Below are positions 37,516 to 51,600 of a stretch of DNA of 64,000 nt, in pieces. The DNA is from Camelus ferus. Taxonomy: Eukaryota. The stretch is from assembly GCF_009834535.1 (NCBI RefSeq), contig NC_045698.1, positions 10,356,001 through 10,420,000 on the forward strand. Reading direction: 5' to 3'. Made by a program: the position numbers and the translations under genes. The stretch's first letter is position 1, and each line of letters opens with the position of its first letter. The notes under the pieces are model-generated. The model was not told the origin of the DNA, did no database searches, and saw only the letters and a program-made list of their open reading frames with translations.

Positions 37516-40500
37516 ACGTGTATATACACTATGTACGTAAGTTCATACCACCTGATACCTGTGATTCCTGTCCCACAACACGGCATTCATTCTGGCCCTC
37601 CTCTGCCTTGCCTTACTTGTAACCTTTTTCTCTGACAGTGAGACACCTGCATCTTGTTATCCAAAATATATTTACTTACTTGTTCAATCCTAGTCTAGAA
37701 CCCATTTTTCCCCTCTTTGGAAATTAGGTATTCTCTTTACCTAAAATGACTTGGCTTTGAGAGTCTCAAGTCTGCCTTTTCTCACTGCCAACCCATGACA
37801 CAAATTTAGGATTCTTTTTGTCTTTGGTTTCACAGTATACAATCAAAATGCTGTTTTTCAGAATCACTTAGTGAATGTTTTTCTTCCCCACCCTCTTCAG
37901 TGTGGCTATGTTTTCCCTGGTGCCTCAGCGAGGTTCATTTACTACTGGGTTTACCTTGCGTTTGAGTCCCCCCCCCATCCTAGTTGATCTTAATTACTTA
38001 TTTTGGGCTCTGTGAAACGTAACTGTGGTTAAAAGAGTCAACACGCAATTTCCATACAACAGATATATCTCATTTTCTCTTCCCAGCACCCCTTGCTGTT
38101 TGGTCCTCACAGACAAACCTTGGGTAATGTCTTTAAACACTGTCTTTGGCAGTGTGTCTTTTGTTTTCTTTGTGATCCTTTTAATTATACGGTCAGCCAT
38201 CAAATGAAAATATCAAAAATAACCCCAAAAAAGAAAGTTTCTTGTTTTCCTTCACAAACTCCACTTTTTAGGCATATCTCCTGTTTTGCCAGATGCCTAA
38301 AATGTTTGTCTTTGGCCCACCGCGTTTAGTCAGGTTTCGTGTCTGTCTGCTTTCCTTGCGGAAGCTCACCTGCGTCAGTCCTAACTGGGCTCACTGTCGT
38401 CTTCCTCTCGGGGGGTCCCACGTGGTTTCCTGACCACCTTCCCACCTAGATGGTGTTCTCACACTGCAGACACCCCACCCCCCATCCTGGAGCTTCCTGC
38501 TTACTTCCTGACTGCTCATGGTGCAGGACCACCTCTTTTACAACCTCTCGAGTTACCTGAAGTCACAGCCTCTGTTCTCACTACCGGGTCCTTCCCACCC
38601 TCTTGGCCAGGGTTCCTGCAAGCTTTTCTTCCCGGGGTCAGCTGAGGTCGCCCTTGGGTCTTTCTCACCTGTACCTGGCCCAGACTCTTAGGGCAGAGAC
38701 CCGGTCATACCACCAAGGGAGAAACAAGCCTTAGATTCAAACCTTATTCCCTGGAAACACTGCTGGTTGTTCAGACTGTCTTCCTTCTCCCTTTGTTCCG
38801 CCTCCTCTCCCATCCCTTTCACTTACCGACATCAGCTCTTTGGCTGGTTCCGTGATTGTCCATCCAGGGATTTGATTATCGTTGCTTCCAGGTGGGGGCC
38901 ATGTGGTGCCTTTACTTGATATAACTTACCTTTACTACTTCCTTATAAAGTGCCACATTACATAGTAAACACTCTGTAACCTCATACTTTCATGACTAGA
39001 GGAAGGAGGGGATGAGAAAAGCCTCCTTCCTTCCTTCCTGCCATGCCACATTTCTCTGACAGATGTGAACTTCAGATTTGAAGAGGGCAGTCACTGGGAA
39101 ATGTCTCCCATTTCTTAGCCAAAATTATTTTATTCATTTTTCAGCATGATTCCCTTCCTCTTAAGGCGAGAATGTGTATTACACATAAAGTGATTAATTC
39201 CCTGACAGCTCTTTTTTTTTTTTTTCAGACTTTTAAATTAATGACCCTTGCTTGGCAGTCTGTATTTTTGGAAAGGGACAAAGTAAAATATTTAATAAAA
39301 GTTGTAGTAAATGAAACCCTAGAATGTCAGTTAACTTGATTTCCTTTAGGACAATTTTTACTGCTTTTTTTTTGCCAAGAAGAGAGAAGGTTATTTATTT
39401 GGTAATAAAGTTTTCTTTTCTTGCATAAAAAAGTGCTCTGTGCAGAATTCTGCCTCTTGCTTGGTCCTGGAGTAAGTACACCATCTGGATCTGTCTTGGG
39501 ACCATTTATAAAGAAAAACAACCTTATGCTTTGCTTTTGGTCTTTTAAGAAGAATATGAGGCCTAATGTGGGCCTATAAATGCCAAATCCCGCTTTGTAG
39601 CAGTTTGTTTGGGGAGGTATCACAGTGCCGGAGACAGCTCTCTGGGAGCGCCCTGGATTTATTCCCTTCTTGTTTTTTCACAGTTGTTAATTGTCTGAAA
39701 CTGAGAAAGCAACTAGAAGTCTATGCTATTTGCACATTTCTCACTTAGAGAATTTTTTAAATTTATTTTGCAGTAAGTGGGGGAAGGGAGAACCCAAGTT
39801 TAACTTTTTTTTTAACAAAGGAACTAAAAAAACAACATTTTTCTTAGCAAAGCAATAAAGCAACACAAATAAAATTGTTTATACTATTAGGTTAGATAAA
39901 GGAGAAATGAGAGTTACTAATAAAAAGAACTCAAGAAGATAGTGCATGATTTTGTTCAGGTAAGTATAGGCTTCAACAAATAGCACCCCCTTAGGTAACT
40001 TAGGGCTGTGTTACCATTTTAGATACGTACAGAATATTCCAGGTGACTGCCTCAAAGCAGAAGCTAGCCATCAAAGTCGAGTTTAGAGAGCACTGTGTAT
40101 GTTTCTCGAATTAATTAGAAACAGCTGGAGGGAGTGCGTCCACTTACCATAGAACTTGAAACGTCAGACTTCGTGACTGTTAAACAATGGATGTTCCCCT
40201 AAGAAGCCATTGTGCTGTGTGAGACAAGGGAGAGAACACGTGGAAACTTGCAAGAAAAGAGTAAGAATTTGTGTAGGCTAAAGAAAATGCCCGATTTCTG
40301 AAGAGGACAGAAATAAGCTTTTCAGAGGCTTTACTAAGAATGTCCTTACAAATCACAAGTGTGGATATTTATTTTCACTTGTATGGCTGCTGCTTGTAAG
40401 GAAGAACGAAGATATGTTTTTAATAAGCGAGGAGGGGCATTGTAGCTCAGTGATGTAACCAGCTGGCTGGAGACCGAATTACGCTCCTTTTTGTTATCAA

Positions 40501-40579
40501 GTCACATCAGGAGGCACTGCTTGCTGTATGTCTCCGAGAAGACCTCCGTCCAAGTGCACACAAAGCCCAAGTCAGAGAG

Positions 40580-40939
40580 CCTGGCGAGGGGAGGGCGCCC
40601 ACCACTTGACGTCTCACTGAGTCAGGAAATCACAGCCCCGGCTGGCGGAGGAGAGGAGAAACATCTGGCTCCCAGCGCGCCCTCAGAATTTCCTTGAGCT
40701 CCAATTAGAGTCACTGTGGTAGAAAGTAATCCACGGCGTCTGATCTTCCCACACGTGCAGCCCACTGGAAGGCAGTGCTCGCAGCCGGGAGAGGGAGCAG
40801 CCACGCTTCCCCCCAGCCTGCCTCTGAGCACCCGGGGCTCCAGCTCCGGCTCTGCTGAGGACGGGGTCCCTCTGGCTGCCGCAGGCAGAGGGAGGCTTGG
40901 GATTCGGAGCCTTTGGCCTCGAGTTGGCTCGGCCGCACC
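40580..40939 (+). promoter_or_regulatory. Candidate internal TRIO promoter and 5' UTR
   Basis: Contains a GC-box-like ggggagggcg, CRE-like TGACGTCT (40607), AP-1 TGAGTCA (40618) overlapping CAGGAAAT, CCAAT (40701) and E-box CACGTG (40752). There is no ATG from 40531 to 40939, and it leads into a CpG-dense exon candidate. Confidence 0.55.
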
Positions 40940-41054
40940 ATGCCAAACGGAATTAAACCCCCCGATCCCCTGGACTCGCTGTCGCCCGTCGTCGGCTCAG
41001 CCTACCGTAGCGGCGGGCAGCCCGGCACCTGCAAGTACTGGATCCTCGACCTAG
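40940..41054 (+). CDS. TRIO: Putative alternative first coding exon of TRIO (Duet-like short isoform): MPNGIKPPDPLDSLSPVVGSAYRSGGQPGTCKYWILDL(D)
   Basis: Kozak gccgcaccATG, 38 open codons, then CTA G|gtacac. The phase-1 G joins AC at 58403 to give Asp, exactly as the SH3 exon does. About 23 CpGs in 40861-41130. The donor is suboptimal. Confidence 0.6.
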
Positions 41055-42514
41055 GTACACACATCCTAGCCCCGGCTCCCGCCAGCCTGCTCTCCCGGGC
41101 CTGTTTCCTTCCAGGCGGCCGCAGGGTGCTTGTTGTGGGCTTGGAAACAGACATGTCTTGTGCTTTTACTGCTGAAACGTATTGTCTGCTGACCATTTTG
41201 TAAGAGGGGCTGCTGGGGGAGGTTTTGTGGGGGGCCTCTAGGAAAGGCCTGAGAAATGGGGCGCTGGGCTCTGTACGGTGATGTGTTGATTGATTGCTTG
41301 GTTGTAAGGTGTTCTTAATATCTGGGATTGCTTTTGATGACCCCATTTTTCCTGTAAGTGCCATGTAAACAGTCTAAAGTCATCTGTGCTACAAATTGCC
41401 TTCTTATGGTCTCATGTCTGTCATTTTCAGGTTTAATCTTGTTTAGGGTTTTTCAGACTGTTCCGGTGTCCTGCATGTATATTTAGTTTCTCTGGTTCCT
41501 TCTCTTGAGAACTGCAGCCATGTAATAAGATAACGTGAAGTTACAGCAGGGAAGGGTCTCCCAGTAACCACCAGTCTGTTTCAGGGGAGTGTGTGTCCCG
41601 GCTCTGGTTTATACACAGAACTAGAGTCAAAACAAGAAAACACGATTCCTGCAAAGGTCATCGAGAAGCAGAATTCCACTTTGAGGAAAAGGCAATAGGA
41701 TAGAGGAGAGTGAAGCTAGGGAAGGAATTAGGTGTGTGGGTCCCACAGACCCCTGCCCTGCAGCGCCCCAGAAGAGGCTAGCTTTCCAGCTGTAACCTTT
41801 GACATCTGTCCAGACTGTACAGCCACTGAAATGAGTTTCTCACAGGCTGTCTTCTGCATTCCAGACAGGATGGCTTCTACCAGAACTTTGGTCCTGAGCT
41901 AGTGTGCTTTTAATGTTTGCCGTCACTCTCTCATCTGCATGTGTACTTAGAAGTGGACAGCAAGCGGGAGGGAGTCCAGGGGATCTGGCCAGACCTTCAG
42001 GGCACTCTCTGTGTATTGTGAGCTCAGTGGACATGGGGGAGGTGGAGGGACCTACCAAAGGAGAGGGGATCTGAGGAAGAAGGAGGCACAGAGAGAGGTA
42101 TGCTGTCAGCATCTGAAGGGGCCGTGGTACTGTTTACGTGTGTGTGCATGAAGTACCAGAGGGAAACAACCGAATTATCTTTGAATAATGTGCCCTAAAG
42201 GAGGTGTCAGCTGTGTGAAAATTGAATTTGTTGGTGTCAGTGTGGTTTTTGATAATACTCCTCGTATTTTTTTTATCACAAAGCTATCAGAGCATTTTTA
42301 AGTCTCTGACCATAACTTTTATCAGATTTATGTTAATTAAATTGTTCAAGAATGGCCTCCCTTTCTGGAGGGGTCTAAGTTGGGCAGGCCCACTAGTGAT
42401 GCTACGTGCTAGGAATTCCGCTCTGGGGGAGGGGGAGCAGATGATCTGTAAGAGTTCTTTACACAAAACAGTAACTTCTGTGCAGTGAAAAGATCAATTG
42501 ATAATGTCAAAAAT

Positions 42515-42630
42515 CTGATTTAAAATCTCAGCCACCCAGTAGCTCTGGGTCCCAAGTAAATCACCTTCTTTCTCTGAACTTCAGTTCTTTGTGTGCAGAA
42601 TGGGAATAACAGTAGAGCGCCCCCTCAGTG
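42515..42630 (+). mobile_element. MIR SINE fragment
   Basis: caagtaaatcacc...tctctgaacttcagttctt...agaatgggaataacagta resembles the MIR core. Confidence 0.5.
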
Positions 42631-45600
42631 TATCATGAACATCCCCAAGGTTTAGACGGAAATATTTTAATGAGCATTTTTGCTAAGAAGTCATGGGTTT
42701 TAGAAAGAGATGGCTTTCTTCTTATAGAGGGAATTTTGAATCTCAGCAGTATTTTAGATCCTTAGGAATTCCTCTAAAGGGACATTATTAAACTAACTTT
42801 TTAAATACAGGAAGTTCTTTATTATATTTTTGGTTTCCCTAGATATATTTTTATTCTAGTAACTCTCAGACTATAATGGAAACTCCAGGTGTTGTTATTC
42901 AAGCTGTCACTCAAAATTTGTAAGCTAACGCAAATTTGGAAAGAAAGATGTCCAGTGCAATTTTCATGGGAAAAAAAATCTGATCTCCTCACAGTAAAAC
43001 TCCACTTAGATTTTTTTTTTCCTAAAGAAATATGACATCCATCTCTTTTCAAACTTTTATAGTAATTCCCAATTTCCTGAATGCCTCATTATATCAAAGT
43101 GATATTTTAATAATGCATTCTAGTTCCACTCACTCAGTTGATGATGGGCACATTTATATGCATCAGATTGGAAAAGGAAAAGTCTATTCTGAGTGAAATA
43201 TCCAACAGATGAATCCCAAAGTGACTTTAAAATACCCAGTAAATCATAGACAGTGATTGCAAAGCCTGTCTTCATACCCACACACAATCTGGGGGTTCAT
43301 TTGTTGGGTCACCTGGGGAAAAGGCTGTTTTCCTGCTTTCTGGCGTATCCAGCGGGGCATTCTCCTTGTCCAGATGTGAATCAGCCCTGTTGGAATAATC
43401 TGCAGGAGAGCCGTTTTATTTGCAGATGTCGCCATTTGCAATAACTCACACAGCCATAAGCCCAAGAGTTTACTGCTGAGCAGTTGTAGGGGAAAGAACC
43501 CAAGAAACGGTAAGGTCAAGAAGGACTATAAATTATCTTTTCAGAGGGTTGCAATGGGAGAGCCCATTTATACTGATAAGAGAGTGGGACCGTTGAGTTG
43601 GTTCTTATCCTGAAATAAGCAGACCCTTTTATTGGACACATGGAATCTATTCCAGTGCTGTACGTATTCCCCTGACTAAGGAAAAACATAAAGCAGTGAT
43701 CCGCCTTAACACTGAACAGATCCAGAGTGAACTGTGCCTTAACATCCTTCTCGAACTCTCTCCACGTCTTCTTTGTTCTTTTTTTGATGAGGAGTGTGGA
43801 TTCTCACCAGTGCAGTTTTTGTTTTTATAAATTAAAGGAAAACACTTGACAGACTAAATGCAGGAATGCTAGCCTGTTCTAAAAGTATGCAAAGAGGTTA
43901 ACAGCGGGGCCCAGGTCACGTCAAGGATGCCCGTGCACAGGCCGTTCAGCTTCCTGTGAGTAAACGAGAGACCCACCCCCCAAGAAGTACTCAGCACCAT
44001 GTTGTCTGGTTTCAACCATTAACACTGATGGTTTCACACAAGTTACTGTGCAAACTAAATTCTGTCTCTCATCTTTCTTGATCTCTAAGTATTTTTAAAT
44101 GGATCAGAGTTTAAGACATGGTGCACGAGGAGACACAATGGGCCTAGTGTGTGGCTCTGGAAGTCAGAGCACGAGTGCTCCTGCCTGGCCTCTCCGCTTC
44201 CAGGCTGAGCCAGATCCCTGTTAATCTCGCTTAACTGCAGGCACCTCACCTGCAGGAGAAAACCAAGAAGTGTATGCTTTCCAGAAATTGCATTAAAGGT
44301 TATTTCTCTTCTTTTTAAGCAAACCGCAATTACAAAATTTTGATTCATTTTCTCACTTTTCACTAATCAAAGATGTATTTGGCTCTCTGAGCTCAGGATG
44401 ACAATTCCTGAGGGGAAAAAAAAGTGTTATATGTTGAATTTCTATATCTATATTTCAGCCAGAAAGTAAAGAAACCTCAAGTTATTTGGCCTTACTTAGG
44501 GGTGACTACAGACATTTTGAACTATTAGAACTTTTTGAAGTTAATATTAAAAATAGACCAAAAAGTTCCCCCAGAGTGCCCCAGAGGTCCCAGATTGGCG
44601 GCCTCCAGGCCAGATGACCTTTCCTCTCTCCAGGCAGGACCAGGCTGCCCCTGCCTCAGCTGTAATCCCCCTTTGATATGTGCTCTTTCTAAGTATAACC
44701 CTTCAGCTAGGCCTTGTGGGGAACACAAATTTATGGCTTTTTGTTCTGCAGAATTTCCTCCAGGTGCTCCATGTTGGCCTGGGGGTGGGGAGCAAGTCCA
44801 CAAAGCCAGCACAGTCTGCCTGGGGGTCAGTCCCCGGGGCCCCGAACTTCCTCTCCTGTCCCCCAGGGCGGGGGGAGCGTGGGCAGCCTCTGCAGCCCAG
44901 ATGCGCCCTGTCAGTCCGTGCAGCTCTCACATGAAACTGGACAAACTCGGACAGAGTATACCCGCCCAAAGCATAGCCAGTGTTTCTCTGAAACTAGATG
45001 CCGGTTGTTTAAAAAAAGAGGCTTCACAGACAAGTGGAGCAGCAAAGGGGGATAATAGTGCCCATAGGCAACCCCTGATAGTGTTTGGACAGGTTTTTAG
45101 TCTTTTTCTATGAAAAATGAGGCCTCTTTTATTTATACTTTATAAATTTGACCAGAAGACATCATCTCAATCCTGTCCATTGTCCATGTTCTCAAATGCA
45201 CCGTTGAAGAAAGTTTCTGTTGTTACATCTTGTTAACAGTAATCGCAATTCATGCTGGACCCATACTGGGAAGACTGGAGTTCTTCCGCTAAGGATGCAG
45301 CCACTGAGAAGCATCTGAGACCAAGTATGTCGCCCTCAGGCAACCCCCTCCTTCCTCTTTTATCTCCTAAAGCTGATGGATTATTTTAAGAAGTGGCCCA
45401 GTGGCCAAAAGCACATGCGGAGTTGAGTAAGAGTCTTTAACAGCAAGAAGGGAACGTACTCATTATGACGTAGAACTGAAAATGGAAGATTTTTCCCTTT
45501 GTCCCTCTCCAGCTGAAAAGGAAGGCACACTGGGCGTCCGGGTCCTGCTCCTCCCCCGCCCCACGCAGGAGGCTGCCCTCCTGGTCTGCGGCAATGGCAG

Positions 45601-48600
45601 TGCCGATCCAGCACACGGGGCACTAATTAAAGCCAAGGACAGGATTTGTGCCGTTAATTGGCGTTCATAGCAGAGGCGTTCTTTTCATTCTCTTTGTCTC
45701 TGAGCCGGCTTTGTTCCTTCCTGGAATAACTCCAGGCCTCCCTTCCTTCCTTCCTCTCGCTGCAGTTACTCAGCTGCTCAAATCACACCAACGTGGGCAC
45801 GATGCTAACAGGACACCCTATGGACAGGAGTGCGGGGGATGCTGAGAAAGCTGCCCTGGCCTCACTCCCTCATCCTGAGACACACATCATAGATGGAGAT
45901 TTCACCTCCCATGTTGGATACGTGAATAACTCCAAGGACAGTTGCTCCCACCCTCTTTGTTTTTGTGTTTTGGCTTTTGTTGTGGTGGTGTTACGGTGTT
46001 AGTATGTGATATCCTGGGAAGGGAGTGGGCGTCCTCAGGAAATTACAAAACAATAATTTGAAAAATAAAAGTCAGTGCCATTCAGTTCTTGTAGGGGAGT
46101 TGGGGGTCAAGCTGTCATAACATCAGAGGTAAAGTTACGGGATGGCAGGGCTTAACCCTCTGCGCGCTTGGGAGTGGATTGTGGGTGTGAAATGCACACA
46201 CACAGTTGGGCTTTCCGCCTGGCCGTGTGGTTAACTTTTTAATCCCATTTTCAAGTGCTTAGCTTTCATTAGGGCAGCGTTTTGCTTTTGATACAGGTGT
46301 TACTCAAATATAATTGTGAGGGGAATTCCTAACTAGTGAGGAATTTTGGTTCTCTGATTTGAACCAAATGGCAGGGGCCCTGGCATATAATGTGCTAGAT
46401 GTTTGATCTGTGGTTCGGGTGTGTAGGGGGTAAGAATCGTCCATTTCCTCGTTCTCCACAGCTGCAACTGTTTCTAAACTAATATTCCATCCCTTGAGAC
46501 TGAAAGTTCAGCTGACCTGCCGGGTAGATGACGTGAAGAGTGATAGTGCTTGGCAAGCTGATTGCAGAACATTCCAAGGCCGGCTTTTGTTCCTGATGCT
46601 CCATGTGTGTAGGGCTGTATGAATGACACTTGGCTCTAAGAAAACCTTTACAAGTTCTCATGGTTTATAGCATGTTTTGGTTAAATACGTTCTTGTGTAA
46701 TTCATGCATTTTCTGGAATGTAGGAAAAAGACTTACATGTTGGCATTCTGAATCTGGCCTTAGTTAAAATAATAAATGTTTGTATGAATGAAGAGAAATC
46801 TGTCACCACCTGAAATAAATCAATCACATAGTTTAAACGTGCAGAATGTTCCTTTAAACCATTTTGCAGGGGAGTGTCTTTGAGTGTCTCCTGCCTCACT
46901 TAGAGACATGTTCAATTTTTTTAAATCTACAAATTTCCTCCTAAAAAGAGTGTTTGGTTTTCTCTTTAGGAAGGTAGGCTAAGTTACTTTATTTTTTTCA
47001 ACAATATGACGATACTGACCAAAAGCATCAGTGCCCACCATGAAGAACACAGTTCCAGATGCCAGCCTCCTTCAAATAAGGTGAGATCGTTCACTTACTA
47101 ACATTGCGTCTGTGACACCAGGAACGATTTTGCCCGCAGGTTAAACATTCGTGTGTCTTAGCAGTGTTAAGACCTCTGAGCAGGATCAGACGGAAGGCAC
47201 ATTCTGTGAGCACCGTGTGACTGCTTCTTTCCTCCCCAGTTAACTTCCTGTTCCCTTAAAAGACGATTGTCTATTCAGGGCAATAATAAATACTGTATTG
47301 CCTTGGAAATCGCTTCCCAGATGGAAGGAAGAATCAAGAACCCACCATTTTATCACAGAGAAAACCTCATTATCCTGAAGTCAGCAGTGTACTAAATACT
47401 AAGTAATCTGAAAAGGCATGAAATTTTTTTTCAATAATTCTTCTTGGTGTAGGTGATATTTTTGGAAAGGACAGCCATTTGACTCTTGGAGGAAAAGCAG
47501 AGGATCTCAGTCCCTGAAAAAGCCAAACAGACAGAGGAACTTTCAGGAATTTTTCTGGTTTCTAAGCATTTAGGCCGACCTGAGCGAGAGCACAGGTCAC
47601 AGGATGTCATGAATTGCCCACGTGGCAGTGCTGCGGTAGCTGGGTGGTGACACACAGTGCCCTCTCCTACAGAGTCCCCAAGGAGGCAGCCTGGTCTTGG
47701 GCCGACATCTTGTATTTAATCCCATAAGAAGGGACATGGAGCCAGGTGAGGTGTCAAGGGACTTTCTTTCCCCCACCCCCGCCCCTGCGCCCACTCCTGC
47801 CCTCACTGGGTGTCAGGCTGGCGTCATCCGTCACTTCCACTGCCTGGGGCTTCTGTAGAGTGGGGCCACAGCTGGACTTGGGTGGGCTGCGGGGCCACTC
47901 CTGGCTGGAGAACTTTCCACGTAAGGGCTGGTGCTGACCCGCCTTTCACCCTTCACATTCCCCCCAGCGGATGGATGGATGGCTGGACTCAAAAGGAGCC
48001 CATCCATCAGGAATGAGGGGCTGGGCTGGGAGGGTTAGGAAACGTCCCGTCGTGTCTGCACCCTGCAAGATCTGTGTGTGTCTTTCTGGTCTCATTTTTA
48101 TGTTTTTTTATTTGTTTGTTTTTGGAAAAGCATCTTTCTTTCATCCAGCAAGGATTTCTTGAAACATCTGCTTTTGTCCTGGCGTAAAGTTAGGAATGAG
48201 CCCAAATCCCCTCCCAGTCCTCGCTGGCAAGATAACCCCTCAGAGATTGCATTACCCTTTTATGACAGCGTAGATTTTGGGTCGCAGAAAATGCCTGTTC
48301 TTGACATCTCCCAAGAAATATATTTCAAGAGCTAGTTTACATTTTAAAAAAAGAAAGAAAAACAGAGAAAATGGCCCTGTCATTCCAAGGAGACAGGAAT
48401 ATGGGCTCGAAACTCTGCTCAAACAAAGCCAGTGTTTGTCTCAACTAGAGAAGGATCCCATGAAAAGTAAGCCCCAGCTTAAAATCGGGGTAAAAAAGAA
48501 GAGAACTTTCTGACATCGTAGCGGTGTTTTCTGACGGTGTGGTTTTAACCACACGAGGATGTCTGCTCCAGGCCAGCAGGTGACACAGATGCTCCTGGTT

Positions 48601-51600
48601 CTCCCCGTGTCCCCCCGGGAGGGGTGTCACACAGCAGGAGGGGGATCTCATCAGGCCCTCCATCTTTGCTTGGGGATCCGTTTTGTCCCTTGTCACTGGG
48701 GCTGCCCTCTCCTGGCGTTCTGGTCACAAGGCGTGGCAGCCACCAAGGTCATCTTTTCCTGGAATTCAACAACAGCCTGGTTAAAAACCGTCCCCCGCCT
48801 CCCAGCTGCAGATCTGCCCATACCCAGAGCGTTCCTGGTCCCAGAAATGAGCCAGCTCCAGTTTTGCTCAGGGCATGGTAACTCAGTTCTCTAGGCTTGT
48901 ATTAAATTCCTTCCATTGATCCAGACTAGCCCATGCTTTCTGTTATCCACTCTCAATAATAGCCCTTTCCTCCTCATTTCATTTCTGGGGTGGTTTCAGC
49001 TTTCCACTTTAGCAATATGTGATACCCTGTTCTTCTGATTAGCCAAGCAGAGGCTTATGTCATCTGCTTTCGTCTTTATTTCTTCACATTTCCTTATTGG
49101 AAGTTCAAGTGGTGAAGTTCAAATGGAGAAAGACCTTGAAAATCTGATGGGTTCGACTGGAAATTCTGACAGGTTAGCACCTCTCCTCACAAGAATGAAT
49201 TGGAGAAGAAAAACGATGCTTGAAGTTCTGCATTTGTTGACATAGCCACATTTTCCAAAGACTGTGTCATGTTTTAGGTGTTTTCAAAAACTGCAGTGGG
49301 ACTAAATAGCATTTAGAGATTCCCAGAGCCCATTGCTTGTGCACCTTCTGCTCGCATGTTCTGTTAGGTTGGAGGTTACAAGCCTCGCATCTCTAGCGCC
49401 CCTCGGGTTAGGTGCTGGTGAGATGACGTTCTCTGTGCAGGACCCGACTCCCAAGACTAGTGCCCCGAACGGGGCAGCTGCTCTGTGCAGGCTCACACAC
49501 CCTGCTTTCAACCTTCCCAAGGAAGAAGAGCCATTGCTTCTAATTGAGTCCTAGTCGAGTGTGTTTTAATCGATATCCCTGATAACTTCGTTGTGTTCTT
49601 CCATTCACAGTTCCGGGAGGTGCCTGCCAGGGAACTCTCCCGTGTGGTTCCTGGAAGGGGGCTGCACAGGGAACAGTCAATGTGTGGGTCGTTTATGTGC
49701 ATTTTCTCAGGCGGCGGAGACCATGTGTTCTTCATTACAGCGTGAGCCGTGGCCATGCTGTGCTGGACCTCTGGTTAAATCTAGGGATTATTAAAAAAAA
49801 AAAAAAAAAGGCTGGGGAATTTATCTCTTTCACATTTTATGTGCTCACTTCATATATGAAAGCAAAGTTCACATTTTTGCATTGAGGACGCACTGCACCA
49901 AATTGCGACGTATGTAAAACTTGCTTTTAATACCCTTGCGCCACATTTTCAGTCATTGCCGTCCCACATCTGTGCTCAGAGCCTCTGTACAGCTCCTAAC
50001 TTTTTTAAGAGGATTGTTTTTTGTGCTAATGTGCATTTGTTGTGACAGTGACAGGCTGGAGTAAAAGAACCCTGACCACCTGAACCTGGGCATGTGCAGA
50101 GGAGCAGGTAACTCACTGAGGGTGCAGGTCTGGTCCACGCCTGTGTCTCAGCTGCTGATGCTTCTTTATTGCACTGAGACAGATTAAGACCCACGGACTC
50201 TCAGAAACAGAAGATGAGTGAGGTGACTGGGATGAAAACTTAGGAGTCTAGCAAGAAGTTTCCAGATACTTACAAATAGAATAGAGATTTAAATTTGGGA
50301 AAACATTATAAAAAGCCTGGCTCTAATACTGTTACCCACCAAAAGTGTAGCCATATCACAAGGCAGTCAGTTTCTTCTTCTCGGTCACCTAAAATTATGT
50401 AAAATTCTCCAAGTAATACCCCGGCTTCGTCTCACTCCTCATTGTCCTAAACGAATCCGCCTGGCCTGCCCAGGCGACTGCAGTCACTGTGGAAAACAAA
50501 GAGAAGCTGTGATCCCTAGAAACGCATCTGGAAGAAGAATTTAGGATGAGCTCACTTTTATGTGATTTTCAAGAGCATTTCCAATGTGTTACTGTTTTTT
50601 TATTATTATTCCAAAAAAAAGCTACCTTGATCCCCAAAGCAGGGAATGAAAATCCTGTTTGAAAAATATAGAGAGAGAGGATCATTTACTCAGAAAATTT
50701 TGCTCTAGACTATTTTAACCAACCCAGTCAACGATCATAAATGCTTGCTTATTCTTTCTTTGCTGTGTAAGTAAGTAATTGATAGATCTGATTTCCACGT
50801 GTACATTACAGCCTTCCTGGTACAGTAGAAGGACTTCCTAAATAAAACGTGACTTGCTGCGTCAAATTCTTAAGACAGGTTTCAGAAGCAGCCGTTGGCC
50901 ACGTGTACCTGATTAAACCCTGCCTGGTCTGTTCTAAAACAGTCGGATGGCATTGTTTTCTGACATTGGAAGCAGCTGCCCCAAAGTGTGCTTGAATTCT
51001 CTCTAGCACATAGCAATAACTGCTAAATAAACATTCAAGTCCTTGCAACTGGAATTGTAAATTAGGACTTTGCTTTGGGAGCGTGCGGAACTCTGAGTTC
51101 AGCTTACCCTGCTTGGAGTTTGTATCAAGATGTCCTGGCACGGTTCCTTTGACAGATATCTGTGAACGCCTACAATGGCCAGAAAGATGGGAATAAACCT
51201 AACCAGCTAAAATCGTTCTGGGAGCTTCTGTGGAGGAGAATTTGAAATGTGAGATGGCTGTTTGCTGGGAAGTCTCCCAGCATTGCATGTGTGCGTCTGC
51301 GTGGTGGTCGTGCCTCATCAGACGTGATGGGCCACCAGCACTGGTCCCGTGTGTGCATGTTTGGCCGGAGAGAGGGGTGCCCGGGGGGCAGATGCGTAGT
51401 GACACACCAGCCAGCAGGCTCGGGCTTTGCCTGGCCCTCCTGCTCTTGGCGCAGTGGTGGATCCTTCAGGTCGATCCTCGCGCATGTTGCCGCCCTATGC
51501 CATCCCACTTTCTTCCTCGTGTTTTGCAATTTCTTTTTCTGGGAAAAATGTGAGTACTGTCTCATGTTTGTGTTAGGCTGTGTGTTGACAAAGACCTGTT

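Larger units (their letters stand above)
36460..37700 (-). mobile_element. L1MC-like 3' fragment (approximate bounds)
   Basis: ggatccaatccaggacc...catatttag...ttcatgaacttgac...catttggggcaagaataccac is characteristic of antisense L1MC4/5 3' ends. Confidence 0.7.

Noticed and set aside
40430..40460. tRNA-like A-box fragment (gggcattgtagctcagtg)
   Set aside because: No B box, cloverleaf or tail follows.
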